Source: Vibrio vulnificus CMCP6 (GTDB taxonomy: Bacteria; Pseudomonadota; Gammaproteobacteria; Enterobacterales; Vibrionaceae). Taken from it: 32,000 nucleotides of DNA. The notes below the pieces were generated by a model. The model made no database searches. It had not been told where the DNA came from and saw only the letters and a list, made by a program, of their open reading frames with translations. The DNA is taken from positions 1,080,001 to 1,112,000 of the forward strand of contig NC_004459.3 of assembly GCF_000039765.1 (NCBI RefSeq), given 5' to 3'. This document shows, piece after piece, positions 16,660-24,887 of the stretch. Both the position numbers and the translations under genes were made by a program. Positions within the stretch are counted from its first letter, which is position 1, and each line of letters opens with the position of its first letter.

Positions 16660-17556
16660 GTGAAAATACTGATTGTCGATGACAGCAAAGCAACGCTGGA
16701 AATTGTTCGCAAAGCCCTGCTTGGGTTTGGCTATCGTCGCTTGTCGATTGAAAAGACCAACTGTGCTCGTGAGGCACTGGAAAAAATGGCGCATTGGCGT
16801 CCGGATATCGTGCTGACGGATTGGCATATGCCAGACATGAGTGGCTTGGAACTGGTGCAAACCGTTGCCTCCCGTTTTCCTGAGGTGAAAATTGCGATGA
16901 TCACCACCGTTGATGATGACGAGCAGATTGCCCAAGCAAAAGCGGCGGGGGCCAGCTTTGTGTTGAGTAAACCGTTTGATGACGATGCATTGCATCGCAA
17001 GCTGTTGCCATTGGTGCAAGGGGCGGAAGAGAGTGAAAAAGCGTTTGATGAGCTGGTGGAAATCCAAAAAGAGCTCGCCTTGCCCAAGTTAAGTCAGTTG
17101 GAGAAGCTACTGCGAAAAGTGGTGCATGATGAGATTGCCCTCACCAATATCCGCTTACAACAGTTTGATGAAAGCAAAGTGCCCTGCATGATTGCCATTT
17201 ATGAAGATGGGGAAACGCAAAAGCCACGCGCGGTGGCGGTGCTGGATATTTACGCGGTGTGCGTGCTGGCGAGTGCCAATACGCACATTACGGCAGAACA
17301 ACTGAGCCAAGCCATCCATAAAAAAATGGTCAGCAAAGCGATTTTAGACACATGCCAGATGGTGTTGGATAAATCCTCTTTGGCATTTTTGGACAGCTTA
17401 ACGCGCAAAAGCCTACGGCTAAAAAGCGTCAGTTTTGTGCCAGAAGCGTTTGATAAGTTGAAGGTGCTATTTAGCAAACCCGCCGATAAACGCCTCGATT
17501 TCTCCTGCCAGTTAGGGGAGATGGCGCAGGGGAAGATCACATTGGTGGGTTTTTAG
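16660..17556 (+). CDS. Orphan response-regulator receiver (CheY-like) protein with an uncharacterised ~170-aa C-terminal domain
   Basis: The receiver signature is complete. It has the acidic pair ILIVDDS, phospho-acceptor Asp in IVLTDWHMPDMSG, Thr in AMITT and Lys in VLSKPF. The C-terminal half shows no DNA-binding, GGDEF/EAL, PilZ or CheX motifs I can recognise. The start is GTG. Confidence 0.85.
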   Translation: MKILIVDDSKATLEIVRKALLGFGYRRLSIEKTNCAREALEKMAHWRPDIVLTDWHMPDMSGLELVQTVASRFPEVKIAMITTVDDDEQIAQAKAAGASFVLSKPFDDDALHRKLLPLVQGAEESEKAFDELVEIQKELALPKLSQLEKLLRKVVHDEIALTNIRLQQFDESKVPCMIAIYEDGETQKPRAVAVLDIYAVCVLASANTHITAEQLSQAIHKKMVSKAILDTCQMVLDKSSLAFLDSLTRKSLRLKSVSFVPEAFDKLKVLFSKPADKRLDFSCQLGEMAQGKITLVGF

Positions 17557-17596
17557 CACTGCACCTTGGTTGTGTGTGAGGATCGGATTGGTCATA

Positions 17597-17612
17597 ATGT
17601 TACAAGTAACAT
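17597..17612. promoter_or_regulatory. GntR operator palindrome upstream of gntR (autoregulation site)
   Basis: ATGTTACAAGTAACAT is a perfect ATGTTA-N4-TAACAT, matching the E. coli GntR operator consensus. It lies 20 nt upstream of the gntR ATG. Confidence 0.7.
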
Positions 17613-17631
17613 TAATGACAAAAATCTTTTT

Positions 17632-18639
17632 ATGGCTCAACACAATAAGAAACCGCGCACCACTTTGCAGGATGTGGCGGATCAAGTCGGCGTGACCAAG
17701 ATGACGGTATCGCGCTACATGCGCAATCCCGATTCGGTGGCGGAAAAGACCCGCGAGAAAATCGCCACTGCGATTGAACAGATGGGGTACATCGAGAACC
17801 GTGCCCCAGCGATGTTGTCGAAATCCTCTAGCCGAGCAATTGGGATCCTGCTGCCTTCTTTGTCCAACCAAATTTTTGCTTCCTTTGTTCAGGGCATTGA
17901 AACCGTCACCAAAGCGCATGGTTATGAAACCCTCTTGGCGCACTTTAGCTACGATGAGCTGGAAGAGGAGCGCAAAATCGCGTCGCTGCTCTCCTATCAG
18001 GTGGATGGTTTGATTCTAACGGAAAGCCACCACACCGAACGCACGATGCAGATGATCAAAAACGCAGGCATTCCCGTAGTGGAAACCATGGAACTGCCAG
18101 CGCAGCCAATCGATATGGCGGTGGGGTTAGACCACGAAGATGCCTCTTACAGCGTGGTTAAACGCATGTTGGCTTCGGGTAAGCGTACCATTGTGTATTT
18201 TGGTGCACGCTTGGATACGCGTACCAAACTGCGTATGCAAGGCTATGATCGCGCCATGCGTGAAGCTGGCTTAGAGCCGAAACACGTGCTGACGGGCGAA
18301 CACTCCAGTTTCTCGTTGGCGGATGAGCTGTTAGAGCGCGCCTTAGCGACGTATCCAGAGATGGATGGGGTTTTTTGTACCAATGATGACATCGCCATCG
18401 GTACCTTGCTGTGCGCGCAGCAGCGTGGCATTGAGGTGCCGAAGCAACTGGCCATTGTGGGCTACAACGCATTGGATATCGGCCAGACGATTCGTCCGAA
18501 ATTGACCAGTGTCGATACGCCGCGTTTTCAAATTGGTGAGAAAAGTGCCGAGTTGTTGCTGGCCCGTTTGCGCGGTGAAACGTTAGAACAAAATGTGGTG
18601 GATATGGGCTACCGCATTACCGCTGGCGAGAGTGTGTAA
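17632..18639 (+). CDS. gntR: LacI-family gluconate utilisation repressor GntR
   Basis: The N-terminus is near-collinear with E. coli GntR (TLQDVADQVGVTKMTVSRYMRNP...IENRAPAMLSKSSSRAIGILLPSLSNQIF). The ORF-track start at 17566 would run through the operator and was rejected in favour of ATG 17632. Confidence 0.9.
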   Translation: MAQHNKKPRTTLQDVADQVGVTKMTVSRYMRNPDSVAEKTREKIATAIEQMGYIENRAPAMLSKSSSRAIGILLPSLSNQIFASFVQGIETVTKAHGYETLLAHFSYDELEEERKIASLLSYQVDGLILTESHHTERTMQMIKNAGIPVVETMELPAQPIDMAVGLDHEDASYSVVKRMLASGKRTIVYFGARLDTRTKLRMQGYDRAMREAGLEPKHVLTGEHSSFSLADELLERALATYPEMDGVFCTNDDIAIGTLLCAQQRGIEVPKQLAIVGYNALDIGQTIRPKLTSVDTPRFQIGEKSAELLLARLRGETLEQNVVDMGYRITAGESV

Positions 18640-18660
18640 CTCAGTCGATGTGATTAAAAG

Positions 18661-18685
18661 CAAGGGCGCGATAAACGCGCCCTTG
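18661..18685. terminator. Bidirectional hairpin terminator between convergent gntR and edd
   Basis: Perfect 10-bp arms CAAGGGCGCG / CGCGCCCTTG flank the loop ATAAA. On the minus strand the hairpin is followed by CTTTTAATC. Confidence 0.75.
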
Positions 18686-18689
18686 TTGA

Positions 18690-20486
18690 TCAGACGATAA
18701 AACTCGCACCGTGTTCGGCGCTAGACACCGATTGGCGAAGGGTGCTGAACAGATTGCGTCCCCAAGTTTGCTGGCTTGCCTCGGTATCGATTTCAAGCAT
18801 GCAGCGACCTGTGGTGTCGCTGAGGTTGTTTAACTCGCCTGTCTGGCAATCGACACGAATTACATCACCATTACGCACTAAGCCAATCGCGCCGCCACGA
18901 ATCGCTTCTGGAGAGACGTGAATGGCCGATGGGATTTTACCTGAAGCGCCAGACAAACGGCCATCGGTCACCAGCGCCACTTTAAAGCCCGCCTTTTGCA
19001 CATTGCCGAGAATCGGCATCAACTTGTGTAGCTCTGGCATGCCATTGGCAGCTGGGCCATTGTGCGTCACCACCACAATGCAATCTCGGTTGAGCTCACC
19101 ACGTTGGTACGCCGCTTCCACCTCATGTTGGCACTGGAACACCAGCGCTGGCGCTTCAATCACGCGCTGATCTTCTTTCACCGCAGAGACTTTCACCACC
19201 GCTTTGCCCAAATTGCCAGTCAGCACTTTTGTGCCGCCTGTGGATTGGAAAACACAGCATTTGTCGGCGATCACATGGCTATCGAAGGTGCCCTCACATG
19301 GTGTCCAAACGAGCTTGCCGTCGACAAGGCTTGGTAGGCTCATTTGGTCGTCGAACTCGCCAAACACTGGCTTGACGTCACGATGCAGCAGAGCCGATTC
19401 ATTGAGACGATGCAGCAGCGCAGGCACGCCACCCGCTTGTTGGAAGGCGTTCATGTCAGCGGGGCCGTTCGGGTATACGCGTGCTAGCAGCGGTACCACG
19501 TCAGAAAGATCACTGATGTCTTGCCAAGTGAGCTCAATACCCGCAGCGCGCGCCACAGCCAACATGTGAATGGTGTGGTTGGTGCTGCCACCGGAAGCAA
19601 GTAGGGCAATGATGCCGTTGATCAGGCTCTTTTCAGTGACCACTTCAGCCAGTGAGCGGAAGTGAGCCGAGCTGGCGGTCATGGCCGCCATTTTGATCGC
19701 CGCGTGTTCAGTGAGCGCGTGTCGGAGCTCGGAGTTTGGATGGATAAACGCTGAGCCGGGTAACATCAATCCCATCGCCTCAAACACCAGTTGGTTGGTG
19801 TTGGCGGTGCCGTAGAAGGTGCACGTGCCAACGGAGTGGTACGCGCGACACTCCATATCAAGCAACGCGTCTTTGCCCACTTCGCCCGCCGCGTATTTTT
19901 GGCGAACATCGACTTTTTCTTCATTGCTGATGCCAGTCGCCATGAGACCCGCTGGCACAAATGCGGTAGGCAGGTGTGCGTAAGACAGTGCACCCATCAG
20001 TTGCCCTGGGGCGATTTTGTCGCAAATGCCGAGCAGCAAGGTGGCATCAAACACATTGTGGCTCAAAGAGAGGGCTGTGGACTGTGCAATCAGATCACGA
20101 GAAAACAGCGACATATCCATGCCCGCTTGGCCTTGAGTGACACCATCGCACATCGCAGGGACACAGCCAGCGACCTGAGCAGTATGGCCATACTCTGCCA
20201 GTGCGCGCTTAATTTGCTCTGGGTAGTGCTGGTAAGGCTGGTGGGCGCTGAGCATGTCGTTGTAGGCGCTGATCAGCGCCACATTGGCATGAGTAAAATC
20301 GAGGATGTTTTTCTTTTCTGCTGAACAAGACGCCGCCACCGCGTGCGCTAAGTTGCCACACGATAAACCAACACGTCCTTTGCCCGCTTTGGCTTGCTCT
20401 TCGGTGCGTGCAACAAACGCCGCACGTGTTGCCTGGCTGCGTTCCACCAAGCGCTGAGTGACCTCTAAAATGATGGGATGGGTCAT
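18690..20486 (-). CDS. edd: Phosphogluconate dehydratase (Entner-Doudoroff)
   Basis: It belongs to the IlvD/Edd family and carries the CDKIAPG motif. The N-terminus is collinear with E. coli Edd ([16 protein letters not shown]...[12 protein letters not shown]). At 598 aa the length fits. Its ATG overlaps the gntK stop (ATGA at 20483-20486). Confidence 0.95.
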   Translation of the reverse strand: MTHPIILEVTQRLVERSQATRAAFVARTEEQAKAGKGRVGLSCGNLAHAVAASCSAEKKNILDFTHANVALISAYNDMLSAHQPYQHYPEQIKRALAEYGHTAQVAGCVPAMCDGVTQGQAGMDMSLFSRDLIAQSTALSLSHNVFDATLLLGICDKIAPGQLMGALSYAHLPTAFVPAGLMATGISNEEKVDVRQKYAAGEVGKDALLDMECRAYHSVGTCTFYGTANTNQLVFEAMGLMLPGSAFIHPNSELRHALTEHAAIKMAAMTASSAHFRSLAEVVTEKSLINGIIALLASGGSTNHTIHMLAVARAAGIELTWQDISDLSDVVPLLARVYPNGPADMNAFQQAGGVPALLHRLNESALLHRDVKPVFGEFDDQMSLPSLVDGKLVWTPCEGTFDSHVIADKCCVFQSTGGTKVLTGNLGKAVVKVSAVKEDQRVIEAPALVFQCQHEVEAAYQRGELNRDCIVVVTHNGPAANGMPELHKLMPILGNVQKAGFKVALVTDGRLSGASGKIPSAIHVSPEAIRGGAIGLVRNGDVIRVDCQTGELNNLSDTTGRCMLEIDTEASQQTWGRNLFSTLRQSVSSAEHGASFIV

Positions 20487-21004
20487 GCTTGTGCCTCATC
20501 TTGCTCTAGAATTAACTCGGCCGCGTTGGTGACAACCTCTTCGATAGTGGTATCAATGCTCACCAATAGAGTGCGAGGTTCACCATCGGGGCGCTCAAGT
20601 GTTTCAAACTGGCTATTGACCATGTTCTCTTTCATGAAGTGGCCTTGACGCTGGCGCATGCGCTCAAGAATGAGTGACTTATCGCCATCAAGGAACAAGA
20701 AGGTGACATTGTTGTTGCCGTCGCGGATTTGATCGCGGTAGCTCTTTTTCAGCGCTGAGCAGACGATAATGCCGTGCTCATTTTTGCTTTCAAGGCTATA
20801 CGCCGCATCACGAATACGCTCCAGCCACGGCTTGCGGTCGTCATCGTTCAGTGGCTGGCCAGAGGCCATTTTCTGAATGTTGGCGCGTGGATGGAGATCG
20901 TCACCATCAATGAATTTACGCCCCAGCTTTTCTGCCAACAGCTCACCAATTGTGGTCTTTCCGCTTGCGCAGACACCCATCACAATGACACTACTACCCG
21001 CCAT
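20483..21004 (-). CDS. gntK: Gluconokinase
   Basis: The P-loop is GVCASGKTT. FIDGDDLHPRANIQKMASGQPLNDDDRKPWL is near-identical in pattern to E. coli GntK. A GAGGA SD lies upstream. Confidence 0.93.
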   Translation of the reverse strand: MAGSSVIVMGVCASGKTTIGELLAEKLGRKFIDGDDLHPRANIQKMASGQPLNDDDRKPWLERIRDAAYSLESKNEHGIIVCSALKKSYRDQIRDGNNNVTFLFLDGDKSLILERMRQRQGHFMKENMVNSQFETLERPDGEPRTLLVSIDTTIEEVVTNAAELILEQDEAQA

Positions 21005-21079
21005 AACTTGTCCTCATAACTAAACTTGCGCGTGATCTCAAATTTGAAATTCACTTTGAAATATGGGTTTATCTTATTC

Positions 21080-21109
21080 ATGTTATCGGTAACATGTTAC
21101 CGGTAACGT
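21080..21109. promoter_or_regulatory. Two tandem, 2-nt-overlapping GntR operators in the divergent gntK-edd / gntP-eda control region
   Basis: ATGTTATCGGTAACAT (21080-21095) is a perfect half-site palindrome. ATGTTACCGGTAACGT (21094-21109) has one deviation. Confidence 0.75.
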
Positions 21110-21156
21110 AAATAAATGTGAACCACAACACAAACAATAATTCGAAAGGTGAAATT

Positions 21157-22533
21157 ATGGAGCAATTAGCCCACACCCCTGATCCTACATATCTTTTAAC
21201 CATAGCAGCGCTGGCGATTGCGGCGTTGCTCGTGCTGATCATCAAACTCAAAGTGCATGCTTTTGCCTCACTGACCATTGTCAGTTTAGGCACCGCCATT
21301 GCCACAGGCGTGACCTCGGACAAAGTGGTGCCCACCATGATGGGTGGCTTTGGCGGCACGCTCGCCTCTGTTGCACTGTTGGTCGGCCTTGGCGCCATGA
21401 TTGGTAAAATTTTGGAAGTGACAGGCGGGGCCAAAGTGCTGGCCGACACGCTGATTGGTCGCTTTGGTAAAGATCGCGCCCCGTTCGCGCTGGGTATTGC
21501 GTCGCTGCTGTTTGGTTTCCCAATCTTCTTTGATGCCGGCCTTGTGGTGATGATGCCTATCATCTTTAGCGTGGCGAAACGCTTTGGTGGCTCGCCAATC
21601 AAATACGCCTTACCGTCTGCGGGTGCGTTTGCGGTGATGCACGCCTTTGTGCCTCCCCATCCGGGCCCGGTGGCGGCAGCGGAATTTTTGGGTGCCAACA
21701 TCGGTTTGCTGCTGGTTGTGGGTATCCTGGTTGCGATTCCAACTTGGTATCTTGGCGCGTACCTATTTGGTTTGTACGCGGGTAAGAAATTCGACATCCC
21801 ACTTTCTAAAGCATTTTTTAACAGCGATGCGATTGTCGATGAAAGCAAATTGCCAAAATTTGCCACAGTAATGACCATCTTAGTGCTGCCCGTATTACTG
21901 ATCTGCTTGGATACCGGCCTAAACACGCTGGCAGTAGCGGGGGTGATTGATGGTAAAACACCGTTGGTGGAATTCCTTCGCATGCTAGGTAAAACGCCAG
22001 TCGCGCTTCTTATTACCTTGATCGTGTGCTTGGTGGTGTTTGCCAAAGATTACGGCATGGCTAAACTTGAAAAATTGTGTGGCGACTCACTGGCTCCGAT
22101 CTGTGGCGTTATCCTCGTTACTGGTGCGGGCGGCATGTTTGGTGGCGTATTGCGCGCCAGCGGCATTGGTAATGCCTTGGCCGATGTATTGACCGACACA
22201 GGCATGCCAGTGATTGTGGCTGCGTTTGTGATTTCAACCTGTTTGCGTGTGGCGCAAGGTTCTGCCACCGTGGCACTGACGACCACCGCTGCGCTGATTG
22301 CCCCGGTTGTGGCGGCAACCACAGGTTTGAGTGAGTTAGACCTCTGCTTTATCGTGATTGCTATCGCAGGCGGTGCAACGGTACTTTCTCACTTTAACGA
22401 TTCTGGTTTCTGGCTGGTCTCTCGTCTGCTTGAGATGGATGAGAAAACCACGCTGAAAACTTGGACGGTAATGGAAACCTTGCTTGGTGGTATTGCTTTC
22501 CTTATCGTCGCTGTATTGAGCTTTATTCTTTAG
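21157..22533 (+). CDS. gntP: Gluconate:H+ symporter, GntP family (symbol is family-level only)
   Basis: A polytopic membrane protein with a GntP-family sequence pattern, set within the gnt regulon. An AAAGGTGA SD precedes ATG 21157. The ORF-track GTG at 21118 lies immediately next to the operators and was rejected. Confidence 0.9.
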   Translation: MEQLAHTPDPTYLLTIAALAIAALLVLIIKLKVHAFASLTIVSLGTAIATGVTSDKVVPTMMGGFGGTLASVALLVGLGAMIGKILEVTGGAKVLADTLIGRFGKDRAPFALGIASLLFGFPIFFDAGLVVMMPIIFSVAKRFGGSPIKYALPSAGAFAVMHAFVPPHPGPVAAAEFLGANIGLLLVVGILVAIPTWYLGAYLFGLYAGKKFDIPLSKAFFNSDAIVDESKLPKFATVMTILVLPVLLICLDTGLNTLAVAGVIDGKTPLVEFLRMLGKTPVALLITLIVCLVVFAKDYGMAKLEKLCGDSLAPICGVILVTGAGGMFGGVLRASGIGNALADVLTDTGMPVIVAAFVISTCLRVAQGSATVALTTTAALIAPVVAATTGLSELDLCFIVIAIAGGATVLSHFNDSGFWLVSRLLEMDEKTTLKTWTVMETLLGGIAFLIVAVLSFIL

Positions 22534-22542
22534 AGGTTATCT

Positions 22543-23154
22543 ATGACAACACTTGAACAACGATTAAGAGAGATCAAAATCGTCCCAGTTATCGCTATCA
22601 ACGATGTAGCACATGCCTTGCCATTGGCAAAAGTGTTGGTAGAAAACGGTTTGCCCTGTGCGGAAGTGACATTCCGCACTGAAGCGGCGGCGGAATCCAT
22701 TCGCATCATGCGCGAAGCCTACCCTGATTTGTTGATTGGTGCGGGCACGGTATTAACCACAGAACAAGTGGACATCGCCATCGAAGCGGGCGTGGATTTC
22801 ATCGTCAGCCCAGGCTTTAACCCAACCACAGTGAAATACTGTCAGCAACGCGGCGTGACCATTGTACCGGGCGTTAACAACCCAAGCTTGGTTGAGCAAG
22901 CGATGGAAATGGGTTTGCGCACCCTGAAGTTCTTCCCTGCTGAGCCATCAGGCGGCGTCAACATGCTTAAAGCGCTGACGGCGGTTTACCCAGTGGAATT
23001 CATGCCAACAGGTGGCGTGAGCCCATCTAACGTGGAAGATTATCTCGCGCTGAAATCGGTTGTCGCGTGTGGCGGTACTTGGATGGTACCAACCGCCATG
23101 ATGGACAGCGGCGATTGGGAAGGCATTGCCGAACTGGTTCGTGCGGTGAAGTAA
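22543..23154 (+). CDS. eda: 2-keto-3-deoxy-6-phosphogluconate (KDPG) / KHG aldolase
   Basis: Collinear with E. coli Eda. The Schiff-base Lys context is LKFFPAEPSGG, and PTGGVSP is also present. Confidence 0.95.
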   Translation: MTTLEQRLREIKIVPVIAINDVAHALPLAKVLVENGLPCAEVTFRTEAAAESIRIMREAYPDLLIGAGTVLTTEQVDIAIEAGVDFIVSPGFNPTTVKYCQQRGVTIVPGVNNPSLVEQAMEMGLRTLKFFPAEPSGGVNMLKALTAVYPVEFMPTGGVSPSNVEDYLALKSVVACGGTWMVPTAMMDSGDWEGIAELVRAVK

Positions 23155-23172
23155 AACACGATTTTTGCACAG

Positions 23173-23217
23173 CAATAAGGCTATAAATTAAATTGATAGC
23201 CTTATTGTTTGATTTTT
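23173..23217 (+). terminator. Rho-independent terminator of gntP-eda
   Basis: 12-bp arms CAATAAGGCTAT / ATAGCCTTATTG flank an 11-nt loop and are followed by TTTGATTTTT. Confidence 0.8.
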
Positions 23218-23422
23218 AAGTAGTTATCCGTTCAAGCTTTATATTTTTTATTGTTAATAAAGCACTATTTACATAAGTATCATGAATGTTTTTATATTTT
23301 TTGAAGTTGATTCTAAAGTATAAAAATTATAAGTTTTTTTAATATATTCTATTGTTTAATTGTTTTGTTACTAATTTTATTCATATATCTTCAGGTTATA
23401 TTTGTAACTGGATGAGCTCTGA

Positions 23423-24220
23423 ATGAATAAGTTGGTAATTAAAGGTAGTGTCGGAATTGATGGTTGTAATAATGTCAATGATATTATTAGTGTGCAGAAG
23501 GCGATAAATACTCTGTCTAAGAAATATTTTCAAATACAACCGTTGAAAGTCGATGGAAGTTTGGGACGTAAGCCTGAAAAATCTAAAACTGTTATTCAAA
23601 TTAATAATGTTCAAAAACATATTGTTAATATGATAAGAACAGATGGCAGAATAGATCCCAATGGAACATCAAATAAAAAGATAAATTTAGCATTGAACAG
23701 AATAGTTAGTATAGAAAGCCAATCTGTTCCTATCCTAACTAATGCTTCTTTTCCATTGGAACAAGTGCCAACAGAGAGCTATACCGTTGCTCCTAGAAGT
23801 TTTGGTTCTAATCGAGGTGCTAGGAAGCATGCTGGCTGTGACTTGTACGCTAAAGAGGGTAGTCGAGTCTTTGCAATGGCGGATGGTGAGATTATGAAGT
23901 TCTATGAATTTTATGGTGGTACCTATGCGTTGGAAGTTAAGCACGGAAAGGCTGTAGTGCGTTATGGTGAGATATCTGGTCGATTGCCTGATGGGGTATC
24001 TATTGGAGCCAAGATTCAACAAGGACAACATATTGCCTATGTTGGGAAAGTGGTCTTAAAAAGCGGGTGGACAGGTGAAATGCTGCATTTAGAGATCTAT
24101 GATGGAAGTGCTACTGGTATTTTAAGAGCTCCTTTATCAGAAAGCCCTTACCAAAGAAGGAAAGATCTCATAAACCCAACGGATATTTTGAATATGGCTC
24201 AAAAAAGGTTACCAAGCTAA
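23423..24220 (+). CDS. Leaderless peptidoglycan-binding-domain / LytM (M23)-like protein, a candidate cell-wall effector or orphan lysin
   Basis: There is no signal peptide. The N-terminal part is PG_binding_1-like (VQKAINTL...VDGSLG; VQKHIV...DGRIDPNGTS). The C-terminal M23 pattern is RKHAGCDLYAKEGSRVFAMADGEI...ALEVKHG...GQHIAYVG...EMLHLEIY. The HxxxD His codon is at 23828-23830 and the distal His codon at 24086-24088. Confidence 0.75.
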   Translation: MNKLVIKGSVGIDGCNNVNDIISVQKAINTLSKKYFQIQPLKVDGSLGRKPEKSKTVIQINNVQKHIVNMIRTDGRIDPNGTSNKKINLALNRIVSIESQSVPILTNASFPLEQVPTESYTVAPRSFGSNRGARKHAGCDLYAKEGSRVFAMADGEIMKFYEFYGGTYALEVKHGKAVVRYGEISGRLPDGVSIGAKIQQGQHIAYVGKVVLKSGWTGEMLHLEIYDGSATGILRAPLSESPYQRRKDLINPTDILNMAQKRLPS

Positions 24221-24750
24221 TGAAGTCAGTATTTTTTCTGTGTGGTTTTGCATTGTGTTTTAGCCAAGCATCTTTTTCTAAAGATAACTTTCTGAGAAAT
24301 GAATACAACTTGGGTGAGATATTAGACGCAATTAAATTTGATGCAAATAATGATTCGATCGAGGATTTTATTTTAGCAGCAAACCAAATCACGGTTGAGA
24401 ACAGTGATCAGACGTATGTCATTACTTCAAATCTAGATGAGATACAATGCAAAGCTCATGTTAACTCTGACCAAAAAGAAACTAAGTTGCTGATTTTACA
24501 TGGCCAGTCAAGAGAAGTGCATCGTCTTTCCCAGGCTCATTTGATCCTGCCCTGTGTGGGCGATTTTCATGGCGTAAAATATGGCATGTCATTTATTTCT
24601 CAACAGGCGTTATCGAAAAGTTTGGGGTATGATTTGGTTTCTGACCCCAACCAGATGCTCGTGGTAATACCAACAGAAGCTGGAATCGATACATACTTAT
24701 ATTGGACAGGGGAACGCTATCAGCTCTTTTATCCCCCAGAAGAACCCTAA
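24220..24750 (+). CDS. Secreted 176-aa protein of unknown function, translationally coupled to the M23-like gene (candidate immunity protein)
   Basis: Start and stop overlap as TAATG at 24218-24222. The signal peptide is MKSVFFLCGFALCFSQA|S. The gene shares the AT-rich composition of its upstream neighbour. Confidence 0.7.
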   Translation: MKSVFFLCGFALCFSQASFSKDNFLRNEYNLGEILDAIKFDANNDSIEDFILAANQITVENSDQTYVITSNLDEIQCKAHVNSDQKETKLLILHGQSREVHRLSQAHLILPCVGDFHGVKYGMSFISQQALSKSLGYDLVSDPNQMLVVIPTEAGIDTYLYWTGERYQLFYPPEEP

Positions 24751-24752
24751 AA

Positions 24753-24782
24753 GAAGGCCATCGTTTGATGGCTTTCTTTTAT
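24753..24782 (+). terminator. Rho-independent terminator of the islet operon
   Basis: The stem is GAAGGCCATC-GTTT-GATGGCTTTC (10 bp, one G.U), followed by TTTTAT. Confidence 0.75.
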
Positions 24783-24859
24783 ACTGGCTAACCCTTAGTT
24801 TTACCCGCCGTTGTTCTTTATGAAAATGGATCTCCGTGTTTCATTTTAGCCGCCCCAAT

Positions 24860-24887
24860 AAAAAATGGCCGCCAAAAAGGCCGCCAT
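24860..24887 (-). terminator. Rho-independent terminator of gor
   Basis: The minus strand reads ATGGCGGCC-TTTTT-GGCGGCCAT (9 bp, one mismatch), followed by TTTTTT. Confidence 0.7.

Larger units (their letters stand above)
23218..24859. other. AT-rich accessory islet (two genes) between the eda and gor terminators
   Basis: Composition shifts sharply, by eye to about one-third GC against about one-half in both flanks. The leader at 23218-23422 is nearly pure A/T. No integrase, tRNA or flanking direct repeats were found. Confidence 0.6.

Noticed and set aside
16654-17087. Minus-strand ORFs of 137 aa and 118 aa opposite the receiver-protein gene. Similar antisense ORFs lie opposite the ABC, lipoprotein, kinase, edd, gor and prlC genes.
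   Set aside because: They are shadow ORFs within genes that have strong motif support on the other strand. They show no independent signals.
21078-22046. A 322-aa minus-strand ORF, plus the smaller minus ORFs at 21281-21523, 21599-21802, 22050-22322 and 22118-22318.
   Set aside because: They are antisense shadows of the GntP-family permease gene, which has clear family similarity. The products are Pro/Ala/Thr/Ser-rich with no start context, and one ORF would run through the GntR operators.
23238-23302. A 12-nt direct repeat TTTATATTTTTT (23238-23249 and 23291-23302) in the islet leader. I considered it as att-like or iteron-like.
   Set aside because: The sequence is low-complexity A/T in a nearly pure A/T tract, so a chance match is likely. 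There is no matching copy at the right islet boundary and no integrase. It more plausibly reflects curved, H-NS-type silenced DNA.
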